This document shows positions 38,973 through 49,400 of a DNA stretch of 64,000 nucleotides, one piece after another. Both the position numbers and the translations under genes were made by a program. The stretch is from the NCBI GenBank assembly GCA_963668025.2, contig CAXXTH010000017.1, forward strand, positions 352,001-416,000, written 5' to 3'. The DNA is from Candidatus Hydrogenedentota bacterium (lineage in GTDB: Bacteria > Hydrogenedentota > Hydrogenedentia > Hydrogenedentales > SLHB01). Each line of letters opens with the position of its first letter. The stretch's first letter is position 1. Under the pieces are notes generated by a model. That model was given only the letters and a program-made list of their open reading frames with translations, searched no databases and was not told the DNA's origin.

Positions 38973-39755
38973 CTATACATTTCCATGAGGTGTTTTCACC
39001 CATGGCAGTCCATCCACGTACTCGGCTTCATAATCCCCAAACACATTTGGATACCGTTTGCGGACTATATCGAACACCTTGCCAAAGACAAGGCGGATCT
39101 CCTCTTCCGCGTGCGGATCCGTGCGTACCTCCAGAACATGGCGGAGCGTCCGAAAATTGCATGTCCAGCCTACGGATGTCGCCAGTCCGATGGGGGCCAT
39201 GCGCCGGAAGGCCGAGGTCAGCTTCTTCTTCCGGTCGAAAGCGCTCTCTTCATCGATTTGATATAACTCGGCCAGTTGCCGCTGTAGCTCCTCTAATTGC
39301 TCCATGGTGCGGACGAAAATCTCCATCGCCTCTTCGCTTTCCCGGATGTGGGTGGGCGCCCAGGCAGACAAAGAATCGAGGCGCACATATCGCAGCGATT
39401 CCTGGGAGATGGCCGTGCCGGCGCGGTGGCGCACCAGTTCGTGGGTGAATACGCGGCTTACATCCGCGAACACAAAGTTCACCGTGGCGTGCTCGAGCAC
39501 GCTGCCATGGCCAGAAGCAAGGATATTCGCCATATAGGGGGCATTGCCCTGCCGTACGCGGGTGACATTGGGATTAAGCCCCGGCTCGAAGGAGCGGTAG
39601 CATAAGCGCCCATAGAATTCGCATAGCCGTTCGCCATCGCTCGGCGCATCGGTATTCCATTCCGGCGCGCCGAGATGCTCGAGATAGGCGGTCAAGCCTT
39701 CTTCCACGACTTGAGTCTCACCGACTAAAAAAACCTTGGGTTCTATGAGTTTCAT
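38973..39755 (-). CDS. thyX: Flavin-dependent thymidylate synthase
   Basis: GRLCY, GHGSVLEH, THELVRHR...SQESLRY and HAEEEIR motifs. Confidence 0.95.
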   Translation of the reverse strand: MKLIEPKVFLVGETQVVEEGLTAYLEHLGAPEWNTDAPSDGERLCEFYGRLCYRSFEPGLNPNVTRVRQGNAPYMANILASGHGSVLEHATVNFVFADVSRVFTHELVRHRAGTAISQESLRYVRLDSLSAWAPTHIRESEEAMEIFVRTMEQLEELQRQLAELYQIDEESAFDRKKKLTSAFRRMAPIGLATSVGWTCNFRTLRHVLEVRTDPHAEEEIRLVFGKVFDIVRKRYPNVFGDYEAEYVDGLPWVKTPHGNV

Positions 39756-39865
39756 GCGGCAGCCCTATCCTCGTCTATTTGCTTTGCGCGATGAATCCGC
39801 AAGCCATGCCATGGAGGGGGCATTATAGACTCTCCTTTCCTGTTCTGTCCAATGGAAGAGCAGCA

Positions 39866-39954
39866 CCGCAACATGTGGTAGCCAATACTAAATACTATAC
39901 CATATATTAGGTATCTCCAGGAATAAAAATCCCAATGCGGCCTAGATGTTGAAT
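39866..39954. promoter_or_regulatory. Two or three NrdR boxes upstream of thyX-nrdJ
   Basis: CAACATGTGG (39869), CCATATATTA (39900, 31 bp away) and CTAGATGTTG (39942) approximate the core CwAtATaTwG. Confidence 0.7.
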
Positions 39955-40114
39955 GGTGAAGAGATAGCAGATGGCCAGTCATTCCCTTCATCGGCTGGTC
40001 ATGGCGCAAAACGGAGATCTGGCATATCGAATTGGGAGAGCACATTATGCTTGACAAAAGCCATGGGTAGATACGAAAGTAAGAGATGTATTCAATCAAG
40101 GAGGGGAGGGAATA

Positions 40115-41860
40115 GTGGCGGAGTCTCCTAAACACCCGCCGGTGGATCCAGTCCTCATCCTGCATCCGGCGTTTTTAGCGGTATTTCCCATTCTGGGATT
40201 GTATGCCCATAACGTGGCATACACGCCGCTCGAAGCGCTATGGAGGCCTCTTTGGATTGCAGGCGTGGGAGCCATGGCCTTGTGGTTCGTGCTGGCTTTG
40301 GCGTTGCGGCGGCTTCACAAAGCGGCGGTTGTGGCGTCCTTGCTGGTGATAACATGCTTATCCGGCTGGCAAGTGCTCGAATTCACCATTCATAGCACCT
40401 TGCCGTATGTGGGGCAAATCCCCACGGTGGGTTATTATGTGGCTTTCGGGCTGCTGATGCTCCTCATGCTGGCGGCCATTCTACGGCGGGAATGGAGCCA
40501 TCCGCGAAAAGCACTGGCTTGGGCGGGAGTAGCGGCCGCCACGGGCTTGCTTGTAGTTTTGAACGCGGAGCTGGCGCTTTTTGGCGCGCAAAATCGCGGC
40601 GCGGCATGGTATATTTCGCTGTATTTGGTATTTGCCGTCGCGCTGCTGCTCATCACGCTGCGGGCCTCGTGGGATTTTAAGGCTATTTCGCGCACGGCCA
40701 ACTGGTTTGGCGCCATTTTAGTGGTGTTGTATGTGGCGCTCATTGCCTTCAATCGCGCACAGCTCACCCCCATAGAGCCGCCCCCATTCGAAATGCCCGC
40801 GCTTGCGCCACGCGCTCAAAATGAATCGCCGTATCCGGATATCTATGTGATCTTGCTGCGCGGATATCCCCGCGCGGATATGCTGCGCAGCCAGCTCGGA
40901 TTTAATAACTTGCTGTTTGAAGAGGAAATGGCCGCGCTGGGCTTTCAAACCGCGGCGCGCAGCACCGCCAATTATACGGATGGAGGGCTTTCACTAGCCG
41001 CCTTGCTTAACATGGATTACGTGCAGGCGCTGGTTCCTGAGACATGCCTTCTTGATGAGGCGTCTGCCAGCCTGTATCGGAACAATCGGGCTTTCCAGCT
41101 ATTCCGGCAGGCCGGTTACGCCATTGCAGCCTTCTCGACCGGATTCGAATCGATGGAGCTATATGGGCAATCCGACCTGTATCTTGCCCCTCCGCACACG
41201 ATGACGGAATTCGAGCTGGTGTTTTTTAGTGAAACCGCCGGTTCGCGGGCGCTCCAGTGGTATTATGAGCACCGGTATGCCAATCCCGCGTATTGGCGAT
41301 TTGAACCGCGCCGCAAGCGGATCGAGTATGCATTTACCGAACTGCCCAAGCTGGCCGCCGCCGAATCCGATGCGCCACGGCTAGTCGTGGCAGCCCTCGC
41401 CATCCCCGCGCCGCCTTTCTTGTTTACGCGCGAAGGCCTTCGCGCTAAACCATTCGGCCCACCGGCCGTAGGTGATGATACGGCGTATCAAGGCACCGCG
41501 CAGCAATTTTTCGATTCGTTCACGGAGCAAATCCAATATGCCAGCCAGCGGCTCCTAGAAACAGCCAAGGGCATTTTAACAGCATCGCGCTGTCCGCCTG
41601 TGATCATTATTGCGTCCGGCCAGGGAATCGGCGGCGGAGAAGAAAATGAAGAAACAGCAGTATGCGCAAATGCCCTATGGGTGCGATTCCCAGAGGAATC
41701 AAGCGCCCAAGATGCATTTCCTGAAAACCTTAGCTTAGTGAATGTACTGCGAATTACCGCCAATCACGCGCTGGGCGCGCAATTGCCATTATTGCCTGAC
41801 ACGGTATATGCCGCCACTGGAGACACCGTCGGCAGCCTGCAAGCATCCGCCGCGCCCTAA
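40115..41860 (+). CDS. Multi-TM membrane protein with a degenerate sulfatase/LTA-synthase-like domain
   Basis: Many N-terminal TMs, PDIYVILLRGYPRAD and IIIASGQG; the metal ligands look substituted. Confidence 0.6.
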   Translation: MAESPKHPPVDPVLILHPAFLAVFPILGLYAHNVAYTPLEALWRPLWIAGVGAMALWFVLALALRRLHKAAVVASLLVITCLSGWQVLEFTIHSTLPYVGQIPTVGYYVAFGLLMLLMLAAILRREWSHPRKALAWAGVAAATGLLVVLNAELALFGAQNRGAAWYISLYLVFAVALLLITLRASWDFKAISRTANWFGAILVVLYVALIAFNRAQLTPIEPPPFEMPALAPRAQNESPYPDIYVILLRGYPRADMLRSQLGFNNLLFEEEMAALGFQTAARSTANYTDGGLSLAALLNMDYVQALVPETCLLDEASASLYRNNRAFQLFRQAGYAIAAFSTGFESMELYGQSDLYLAPPHTMTEFELVFFSETAGSRALQWYYEHRYANPAYWRFEPRRKRIEYAFTELPKLAAAESDAPRLVVAALAIPAPPFLFTREGLRAKPFGPPAVGDDTAYQGTAQQFFDSFTEQIQYASQRLLETAKGILTASRCPPVIIIASGQGIGGGEENEETAVCANALWVRFPEESSAQDAFPENLSLVNVLRITANHALGAQLPLLPDTVYAATGDTVGSLQASAAP

Positions 41861-41875
41861 ACATGGCCAAATGGC

Positions 41876-42742
41876 TTATTGGCCCGTTCCGGACATCATT
41901 TGCTCCGCATTGCGCAATATCTCGTTTTGGCTACCCGCCGCATCGGATTCATCGAAGGTGTCGTCCATGGCCGGAGGGGTGTTGCGCCGCTGGCGCAGCA
42001 ACCAGCGGATAGCTTTCGCGTCATCATAAGCGGAGTCCCAAGAGTTGTGTTCCGTCCCGGGATACTCCGTGTATTTGATTTTTCCGCCAGCGGCTTTAAT
42101 TGCATCCACCATGTGGCGCGATTCGTCCGGGGGCACTACGTTGTCCTCGGCCCCATGAAACGCCCAGATGGGGAGTTTCGCTAAGGCCGGCGCATCTTCG
42201 ACGCGTCCGCCGCCGCAGATGGGCATCAGCGCGGAGAACAATTCGGGATGGGCGGCTCCGTAATACCAGGTGGCGTATCCGCCCATCGAGATGCCAGTAA
42301 GCGCGATGCGTTCCCGGTCCACGTTATATTCGCCGATGGTTTGTTTGATGGATTTCTCGATAGGCTTGACACCTTTATCCCAGTACCCGGACGCCGGACA
42401 TTGCGGCATGGCCACCAGGCAGGGGAAACGGTCCGCATGCCGCCTTATGGCGCGGCCAATGCCTACCTCCGTTTGCAGCATGCCGTCCTTGCCCCGCTCG
42501 CCCATGCCATGTAGGAAGACCACGAGCGGCCAGGCCTTCCCGGGATCATAATCGCGCGGCACATAGAGCACATAATAGGAAGGTTTTCCATCAATGAGGG
42601 CTACTTTGTTAATAAAACCCGTTTGAATGCCTGCACGCATGGCGGCAAGTCCTTTCATGTTCATCGTGGCGCAACCGCTCGAAACTATCGCTACGGCGAG
42701 CAGAACAGCCACCGTCCACATATACGTCATCCGGCGTATCAT
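41876..42742 (-). CDS. Alpha/beta hydrolase lipoprotein (esterase/peptidase type)
   Basis: SSGC lipobox, FLHGMGERG, GISMGG, HGAEDNVV and HNSW motifs. Confidence 0.88.
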   Translation of the reverse strand: MIRRMTYMWTVAVLLAVAIVSSGCATMNMKGLAAMRAGIQTGFINKVALIDGKPSYYVLYVPRDYDPGKAWPLVVFLHGMGERGKDGMLQTEVGIGRAIRRHADRFPCLVAMPQCPASGYWDKGVKPIEKSIKQTIGEYNVDRERIALTGISMGGYATWYYGAAHPELFSALMPICGGGRVEDAPALAKLPIWAFHGAEDNVVPPDESRHMVDAIKAAGGKIKYTEYPGTEHNSWDSAYDDAKAIRWLLRQRRNTPPAMDDTFDESDAAGSQNEILRNAEQMMSGTGQ

Positions 42743-42950
42743 GCCAGTTTTCCTTTCCAGATTCGTGTGAATGGCTGAAGCCGGGCGCTAAGGAGAGCCT
42801 GCTCAAGCAGGCTAAGCGGCCAGGTGCTTTGAGTATCAACCTTCTCTTTCTCGGTTTTTACTATATCACCCTGCTCAAGCAAGCTAAAAGGACGGCGATT
42901 CTATAACCTTCCTTTCTCAATTTATAGACATTGCATCCTCTCATATTGCC

Positions 42951-44852
42951 CTACTGCATCCGGGCCTGCACGCTTGGGAAGCGGTTCATGTCCGTGTGGG
43001 GCAGAAACAGGGACGCCATGTATTCGTCCATGTAGCCCGGCGTGTTGCTCAGATCCATATAGGTCATTCGGCGGGCGATGTCAAGCTGGCGTTTCCGGTA
43101 CTCTTGCGACACGGCCACCATGTAGGAGCCCATGAGCGAGGCGTTGCCGATGTATTGGAAGCGTTCCCGGGGGATGTCGGGCGCGAGGCCGAGGATGATG
43201 GTCTTCTCGAGATCGAGGAAACGGCCAAAACCGCCCGCGATATAAATTCGCGCCAGATCCTCGAAGCCGATGCCAATGTGCTGAAGCATAAGCGAGCAGG
43301 CGGAATAGATGGCCCCCTTGGCGCGCACGATGTTTTCGATGTCCATCTCGCTGATGGCGATGGCTTCGCCGTTGGCGCTTTCTTCGGCGGAAGCGATGAT
43401 ATACCGCGCCCGCTTGCCGTCGTTCTTGATGTACGGCGACGGGCGGTCGCGGTCGAGTTTTCCCGCGGGATTGAGCCATCCCGTGATGAACAGGTTCGCC
43501 AGCAGCTCGATCATGCCCGAGCCGCAGATGCCTTGGGGCGCTCCTCCGCCAATGGTGTGATATCGCGCCGCGCCGGTATCGGGGTCCACATCGACGCTCT
43601 CGATGGCCCCGTGTGCTGCGCGCATGCCACACTGGATGCCGCCACCTTCAAAGGCGGGGCCTGCGGAACAAGCGCAGCTCATCAGAAAATCGCTATTGCC
43701 CACCACGAGCTCGCCGTTTGTGCCGATGTCGATAAACAGGCTGATCTCCTCGGATTCGGCGGCGAGGTCGGTGCATAGGAGGCCCGCCGTGATGTCGCCT
43801 CCTACGTAGCTGCCATTGTTGGGCGAGAAACAAATCCAGGAATCGGGATTGATCGGCAGGCCCACTTCGGCTGCGGTGACATAGGGCACTTCGAGCACCG
43901 TGGGAGTGTACGGATCTAGCCGGATGTACTCTGGATCAAGCCCCAGAAGCAAATGGTTCATGGTGGTGTTGCCCGAGATGACGGCATTGGTGATCTCCTC
44001 GGGTTCAACGCCGTTCTCTTCGGCGGTTTTTGTGATGAGCGTATTGATGGTGTCCAAGACACGCATACGCAATTCTTCGAGGCGTTCGGGCCGTTTCGCA
44101 TAGTTGATGCGGCTGATGATATCGAGGCCGCACACCACTTGGCCGTTATACGCCGTGTGGGTGGACATGATCCGCGCCACGGTAAGGTTGATGAGCTGCA
44201 CCGCCACGGTCGTGGTGCCCACGTCCACGGCAATGGCGTAATGGCGCGTGGTCTGGTTGCCCGGCTCGATGCGGATGACGTAGAGCTTGTCATCCTCGCG
44301 GACAAGCGTCACCGTGACCGCGCCATCCTTGGCGCGAAGGCTGCCCGCCAAGGTGCGTAGCACGCGCAAGGAATACACCACCTCGTGGCGGCCCCATTGA
44401 AGCTGGATCGCGCGCGTCAGCCGGTCTAGATCCGACAACCCGTCTTCCGGCTGGGGCTGCGGCACGAGAAAGAGCCACTTGACCGCGAGGGGATCATACT
44501 CCCATTCGCGGGGCAGCAATTCGCGGCGGATGAGGTAGGTCTCGTCGCCGTCGGCGAATTGGCCGCCTTCGCGGCCCGAGGGGCGGGGCACTTCAACCGT
44601 GATGTCCGATGTGAGCAAATGGGTCTTGCAAGCCAGCACATAGCCGTCGGCAATCATGGTGGGAGGAAGTGCGCCCCGGCCTTCCGACTCGATCTTGCCT
44701 TGTGTGATGCGGACGATGCATTTGCCGCATGTGCCCTTGCCGCCACAGGGCGACTCGACTTCGACGCCCGCCTTGCGGGCCACATCGAGCAGTTCCGCGC
44801 CAGGCAAGGCCTCCGCGATGGTTCCACTAGGCTCGAATGTCACCTTTGGCAT
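42951..44852 (-). CDS. acsV: Corrinoid reductive activator (RACo/AcsV; 2Fe-2S plus ASKHA DUF4445)
   Basis: CGGKGTCGKC...LAC, DVGTTT, SGNTTM, YVGGD, DIGTNGE, GPAFEG, GICGSG and AGGFG motifs. Confidence 0.92.
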   Translation of the reverse strand: MPKVTFEPSGTIAEALPGAELLDVARKAGVEVESPCGGKGTCGKCIVRITQGKIESEGRGALPPTMIADGYVLACKTHLLTSDITVEVPRPSGREGGQFADGDETYLIRRELLPREWEYDPLAVKWLFLVPQPQPEDGLSDLDRLTRAIQLQWGRHEVVYSLRVLRTLAGSLRAKDGAVTVTLVREDDKLYVIRIEPGNQTTRHYAIAVDVGTTTVAVQLINLTVARIMSTHTAYNGQVVCGLDIISRINYAKRPERLEELRMRVLDTINTLITKTAEENGVEPEEITNAVISGNTTMNHLLLGLDPEYIRLDPYTPTVLEVPYVTAAEVGLPINPDSWICFSPNNGSYVGGDITAGLLCTDLAAESEEISLFIDIGTNGELVVGNSDFLMSCACSAGPAFEGGGIQCGMRAAHGAIESVDVDPDTGAARYHTIGGGAPQGICGSGMIELLANLFITGWLNPAGKLDRDRPSPYIKNDGKRARYIIASAEESANGEAIAISEMDIENIVRAKGAIYSACSLMLQHIGIGFEDLARIYIAGGFGRFLDLEKTIILGLAPDIPRERFQYIGNASLMGSYMVAVSQEYRKRQLDIARRMTYMDLSNTPGYMDEYMASLFLPHTDMNRFPSVQARMQ

Positions 44853-44884
44853 GGGGTGCTTCCTGGTTACAAAAGCAATCATTT

Positions 44885-45026
44885 TCTGGGGGACCCTTTC
44901 TTTCGCAGAAAGGGTCCCCCAGACCCCCCTCCCAAAGAACTCTCATTTGCTCCGCGAGCAACGCCTAATCAAAGGTTTTTGGAAAGGGGTTCGGGGAAAA
45001 CCTTTTTGCAAAAAGGTTTTCCCCGA
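44885..45026. repeat. Cruciform double-hairpin repeat between acsC and acsV
   Basis: TCTGGGGGACCCTTTC...GAAAGGGTCCCCCAGA and the perfect 36-bp palindrome TCGGGGAAAACCTTTTTGCAAAAAGGTTTTCCCCGA. Confidence 0.8.
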
Positions 45027-45065
45027 TCTTCGTATCCACAATATACCCGCATTCATCTTCCGAGA

Positions 45066-46412
45066 CTACGCCGCGAGCACGTTTTTTATGAAACTCTCGA
45101 GATCGCCCGCTTCTTGCGGCCCTACGATGATTTCCCAGCCGGGCATGGCTTCCTCGAGTTCACCCGAGATCTGCGCCACGTAGCCGGGAATGACGATTTT
45201 GCGGTTCTTGGTTTTCGATTCGAGCTCGAATTCTTTGGCGAACTTGCCGATCTTGTCGCCGCCAAATTTGCCCGCCGCCCAGGATGTCAGCACGCTCATG
45301 CCCTCACATTCGGGTATCAGCAGCCAGGCCGAGAGGCCCGCGTTTTCGATTTCGCCCGACACGATGAAGTAGGTGAGCGAGAAGTTGGTGGTGACGAATG
45401 TCGGGCTCGTATCCGTAGGCTCGCCGATGGCATAAATCTTCGGCTCGACTTGGATGGGCTTCTGCGGGTCGGTATAAATATTTTGTCGCAGCGCCAGCAG
45501 CGACACCATCACCGCCGGGTCGAATTCGGGCAGAATCACAATGCCGCCGTACTTGGTGATCTCGAGGCCCGCCTCGACGGCGTCATCCATGGCGTTGCCT
45601 GTGTTCACGTAGGCGAGGGACGGGTAACCGAGCGTCTTGAGGCCCGTCTTGAGCGCGCCGCGCCGCATGATGATATGGTTTTGCACGTGTTCGCAAAGGC
45701 TGTCCGCTCTCAATTCAAGCAGGATATCGCGAAATTCCGCCGCCATGCAGGTTTCGACCATGGCCGCGAGGGCGTTGAAATTGTCCGCCGCCAACGCCAG
45801 CACGGCCCCATTCGCCTTAGCCGCTTCACACAGCGGGCCCACGGTTTCGGGCGTGGCTGATGCAAGGATGGGCTTGCGGCCCTTGAGCGTTTCAGACGCC
45901 GCCATAAGCAGGCTGGAATCGTCCGTGCGCACCACGATTGCGCCGCCCCACAAGGCCGCCACGCGCTCGATGCAGGCCAGATAGGCGTCGCGCGAGCCGC
46001 TCGAGCAGGCCACGCTGATGGCGTTGAGGCGGAGCTGTTCGCCGACGCGGTCCAGCGTGTAATCGGCCACGGCCTTCACGCGCGCTTCGAGTTCCGCAAT
46101 GTCCATGGCGTCATCCACGGCCACGCCGATGCCCGTCTCGTGGACAAAGGTTTTTTCATGGCGGTATGCAACCGTTTCTCCGCCCACGGAGAAGGCCCGC
46201 TCCCCCGCGCCGATAACGATGGTGCGGATGGGCGGTTCAGCAGCCGCACCGAGGATGGCCTTGGCTTCCTCGGACGCATAAGGGCATTCGGATAACTCGG
46301 CTTTCTTCGCCGCGAGCTTCATGGCGAAGGCCAGGCACGTGTTCGAGCCGCATTCCTTGCAATTCGTTTTCGGGAGCAGTTTTTGTATCTGCAAGCCAGT
46401 CAAGGGGGCCAT
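45066..46412 (-). CDS. acsC: Corrinoid iron-sulfur protein large subunit (CdhE/gamma)
   Basis: LPKTNCKECGSNTCLAFA...CPY, IYTDPQKP, TTNFSLTY and GMSVLTSWAAGKF motifs. Confidence 0.96.
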   Translation of the reverse strand: MAPLTGLQIQKLLPKTNCKECGSNTCLAFAMKLAAKKAELSECPYASEEAKAILGAAAEPPIRTIVIGAGERAFSVGGETVAYRHEKTFVHETGIGVAVDDAMDIAELEARVKAVADYTLDRVGEQLRLNAISVACSSGSRDAYLACIERVAALWGGAIVVRTDDSSLLMAASETLKGRKPILASATPETVGPLCEAAKANGAVLALAADNFNALAAMVETCMAAEFRDILLELRADSLCEHVQNHIIMRRGALKTGLKTLGYPSLAYVNTGNAMDDAVEAGLEITKYGGIVILPEFDPAVMVSLLALRQNIYTDPQKPIQVEPKIYAIGEPTDTSPTFVTTNFSLTYFIVSGEIENAGLSAWLLIPECEGMSVLTSWAAGKFGGDKIGKFAKEFELESKTKNRKIVIPGYVAQISGELEEAMPGWEIIVGPQEAGDLESFIKNVLAA

Positions 46413-46434
46413 GGTGCATGATCTCCTGGCGCCG

Positions 46435-49400
46435 TTATTCGGGCCGGTTGTTGGCGGACAGCTTCTGTACGTTGCGCCGCAGGATTTCCAATGATTCGGG
46501 ATGGTGCAAGATGAGCAAGTCCGCGCCGCTGGTGAGCAGCGTCATAGCGGTCTGCACTTCCCACAACACCGCGCGTTTCTCGATAGCGCCCCAATTCGGG
46601 AACGACGACTCGAGCGCATGGCCTTCCTTGGCCTTCCAGGCCTCCTGGCCCACATGCCCGAACAAGGGGAAGGCCAGCGACGCATCGCCGCCGAATCCTG
46701 TTAGGCGGATGCGTTCCATGACCGAGAAGGTGTATTCGAGGCCGTAACCCAGTGCGCCCACCATGGGGTCCATGATAATGCGGTCGCGAGGCAGGTCCAT
46801 GTTACCGAGCAGGATATTGAGCTGTTTGGCGAGGTTCACGTCAATCGGGCTCTGCGCCACGACGCAATGGCCATAGGCCAGCGCCGCGCCCGCTATGGTG
46901 CGGTAATTGTCGCCTTCCACCCAATTGAGCAGGAGGCGCTCGCCCGCGCAACCCGAGGCGACTTTTTTCATCACCTCATTGGTGGAATCGAAGTGGCTAT
47001 GGCCGGTGATGATGAGCGGCACATCCACGGCGGCGAGGATATCCTTCACCAGCGCCAGGGCGTCATCGGGACTTTTGCCACCCTTTTCGGGATGCGTGCC
47101 TTCGAGGCGCACCGAGATGATCTCCGCACCGTATTGCTCGACGGCGGCCTTCGCCATCTCGGCGGGCTTGGCCGCGAGATCGCCCCAGACGCCCCGCAGC
47201 ACCGGCGACAGCTTCGGGCTAACGGTGTCGAACACTTCAAGCGCAAAGACCGGCGAATTCGGAATGGAGCCCTCGAAATAGTGGAACGGCAGGCAATTCT
47301 GGCCGCCAAGGGCCACCGTGCGGCCACGGGTGCCGCCATCGGCGGATGTCGCGCCCAGCACCACGGCCTGAATGGTCTCGCCGGGCGATTCGCTGGGCAG
47401 GGCGAAAGCCGACACTTCAGCCAGCTTCTCCGCCGCATAACGCGTGGGAGCTTTCACCTCAACCACTTCGATCACCGGTTTCACCGGCGCTTCCGCGATT
47501 GGAGAGAGTGGGAGCGTGGCAGGCGCGGGAGCCATTGGCGGGGCGGCAATGGCCATGCCCAGTGGCGCAATGCCTTGTAACACCCCCGCAATCGCGCCTA
47601 CCACGTCCACAAGCAGTTCTCTTTTTAGGTCAGGAGAGGGCTTCACTTCAAGTTCTTCTTTCAGAGAGGCCTTGATATCCTCCATGATCGATTTCCGCAG
47701 TTCCGGCACTAGCTCCGTCTTGAGCGTGTCTTTCAACTGCGCGGATACTGTATCTGTAATCTGCTTAAATAATGCTGACAATAGATCGCCAGCTCCGCCG
47801 TTGCTGCCCGGAATGTGGGCTGCCGCAGGCGGCGCCGGGGCTGGCGGCGTGGAAAGCGCGGCGGCCGATTCGGCGGGCTTGGCCTTTGGTGCGATGGCAA
47901 CGAATTTAGGCTCCGGTTTCGGGGCCGCCTTGGGCGCTGAGGCCTCTGCCTTGGCTTCGGGCGAGGCCATTTCGTAGACATCTTCCTTGCCTACCCACAT
48001 CGTCGCCATGTCTTCCATCGTGACGGCGGGATGGCCTACTTTTTCCATGTAGGCTTTGATTTCCTGTGGATCCGTGGCGATGGTTTCATCGGCGATCTTG
48101 CCCCACAAATCCGGGAGTTCCAAGGCTTTCGCGCGCGACTTAAAATCGTCCGCCAGGATATCCTTGAGTTCCTTCGGCATCCAGACGACGCGCGCAAGCC
48201 CGCCATCGGCGTAGAGGAACTTCGGGCTTGAGAGGAAGGCCTTGCCCACGCCCATGAAGCCGGGCGTCTGGACGCCGCCGCCCACCATGCCCGCGAGCGA
48301 ACTGAACGGCATGCCGATGGGCGTGTCGCCAGGGAATTCGCGATTGACGATCATGACGCCGTTGCACTCGGGCACATAGGCCACGATGCTCTCGAAACAG
48401 CCGCACGAGGTCATGGGGTTGTCCATGATGCTGTAGGCCGTGAAGCTCTTGATGGCCTTGTGCGAGTTTTTATACACGTATTCGTTGACGCCTTCCCATA
48501 TGCCGCGCTTCGGGTCAAGGCAGCGCCCCTTCTCGACGGGCTGGTTCGGGCCGGTCTCATCGATCTCGTGGGCAGCCTTGCCATCGAGCCAGTTGTACGC
48601 GCCGCACAGGCCGAGGCGTTCGGGCGTGATGATGCATACATGATCTGGCGCGAATGATTGGCACAGCAGGCAGCTATAAAATGTCTCGACGGATTCGTCG
48701 GTCATGGCCGCCAAGCGGTGGTTGCGCTCGATATACACCTTACGCGCATGGGCGAGGCGTCGCTCGACCTCTTCTTTTTCCGTCACCAGCGTGACCTTGA
48801 CCTTGTCCACGATGGCCGGATATTCATCCAGGAATTTGGCATGTAGAATCTCGCCATAGTGTTTCAGACGCAAACCTTTAGCGAAACCGCCCTTGCTGAC
48901 GCGCGTCCACACGATGTCGCGCTGGCCCATATGCCAAAGGCCTTCCGCGCCGTTCAGCAGATGGTGAATCTGGCGTTCGAGAATAGGCTCGAAATCGGAC
49001 TGCATCTTGCGGCCCGCCACTTCGACCCAAATGGCCAGCGGCAGCGCCGTGCCCTCGGGCACCTGGTCGATATCCGGGCCGATAATCTCGATCTCGCCGT
49101 CATTGATATCGTCCAGTTCGACCATGGTGGCGAATTCGAAGGCGGGCGTGATGTTGCCGCCGAATTCGGCATGCACGTCGGCCTTCCGGATGCGTTCGCC
49201 CTCGAAGGCGGGGCCGTAGGGCACGGGCACAGGCACATTTGCCACTTTAATTTTGCAGCCGCGCACCTCGAGGGAGCGTTCGACGATTCTATCAAGGGGC
49301 ACATTGCTCACCACGTGTTCGTAGGTGCAGACGCCCGTGGGCAGGATCTCGGGGATATCCGTGTCGGCGATGGTCGGGAAACCGTAATTGATCGCGCCCG

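Noticed and set aside
42798-42925. CRISPR array
   Set aside because: Only two degenerate units and no cas genes. None of the repeat families in the window has repeat-spacer organisation.
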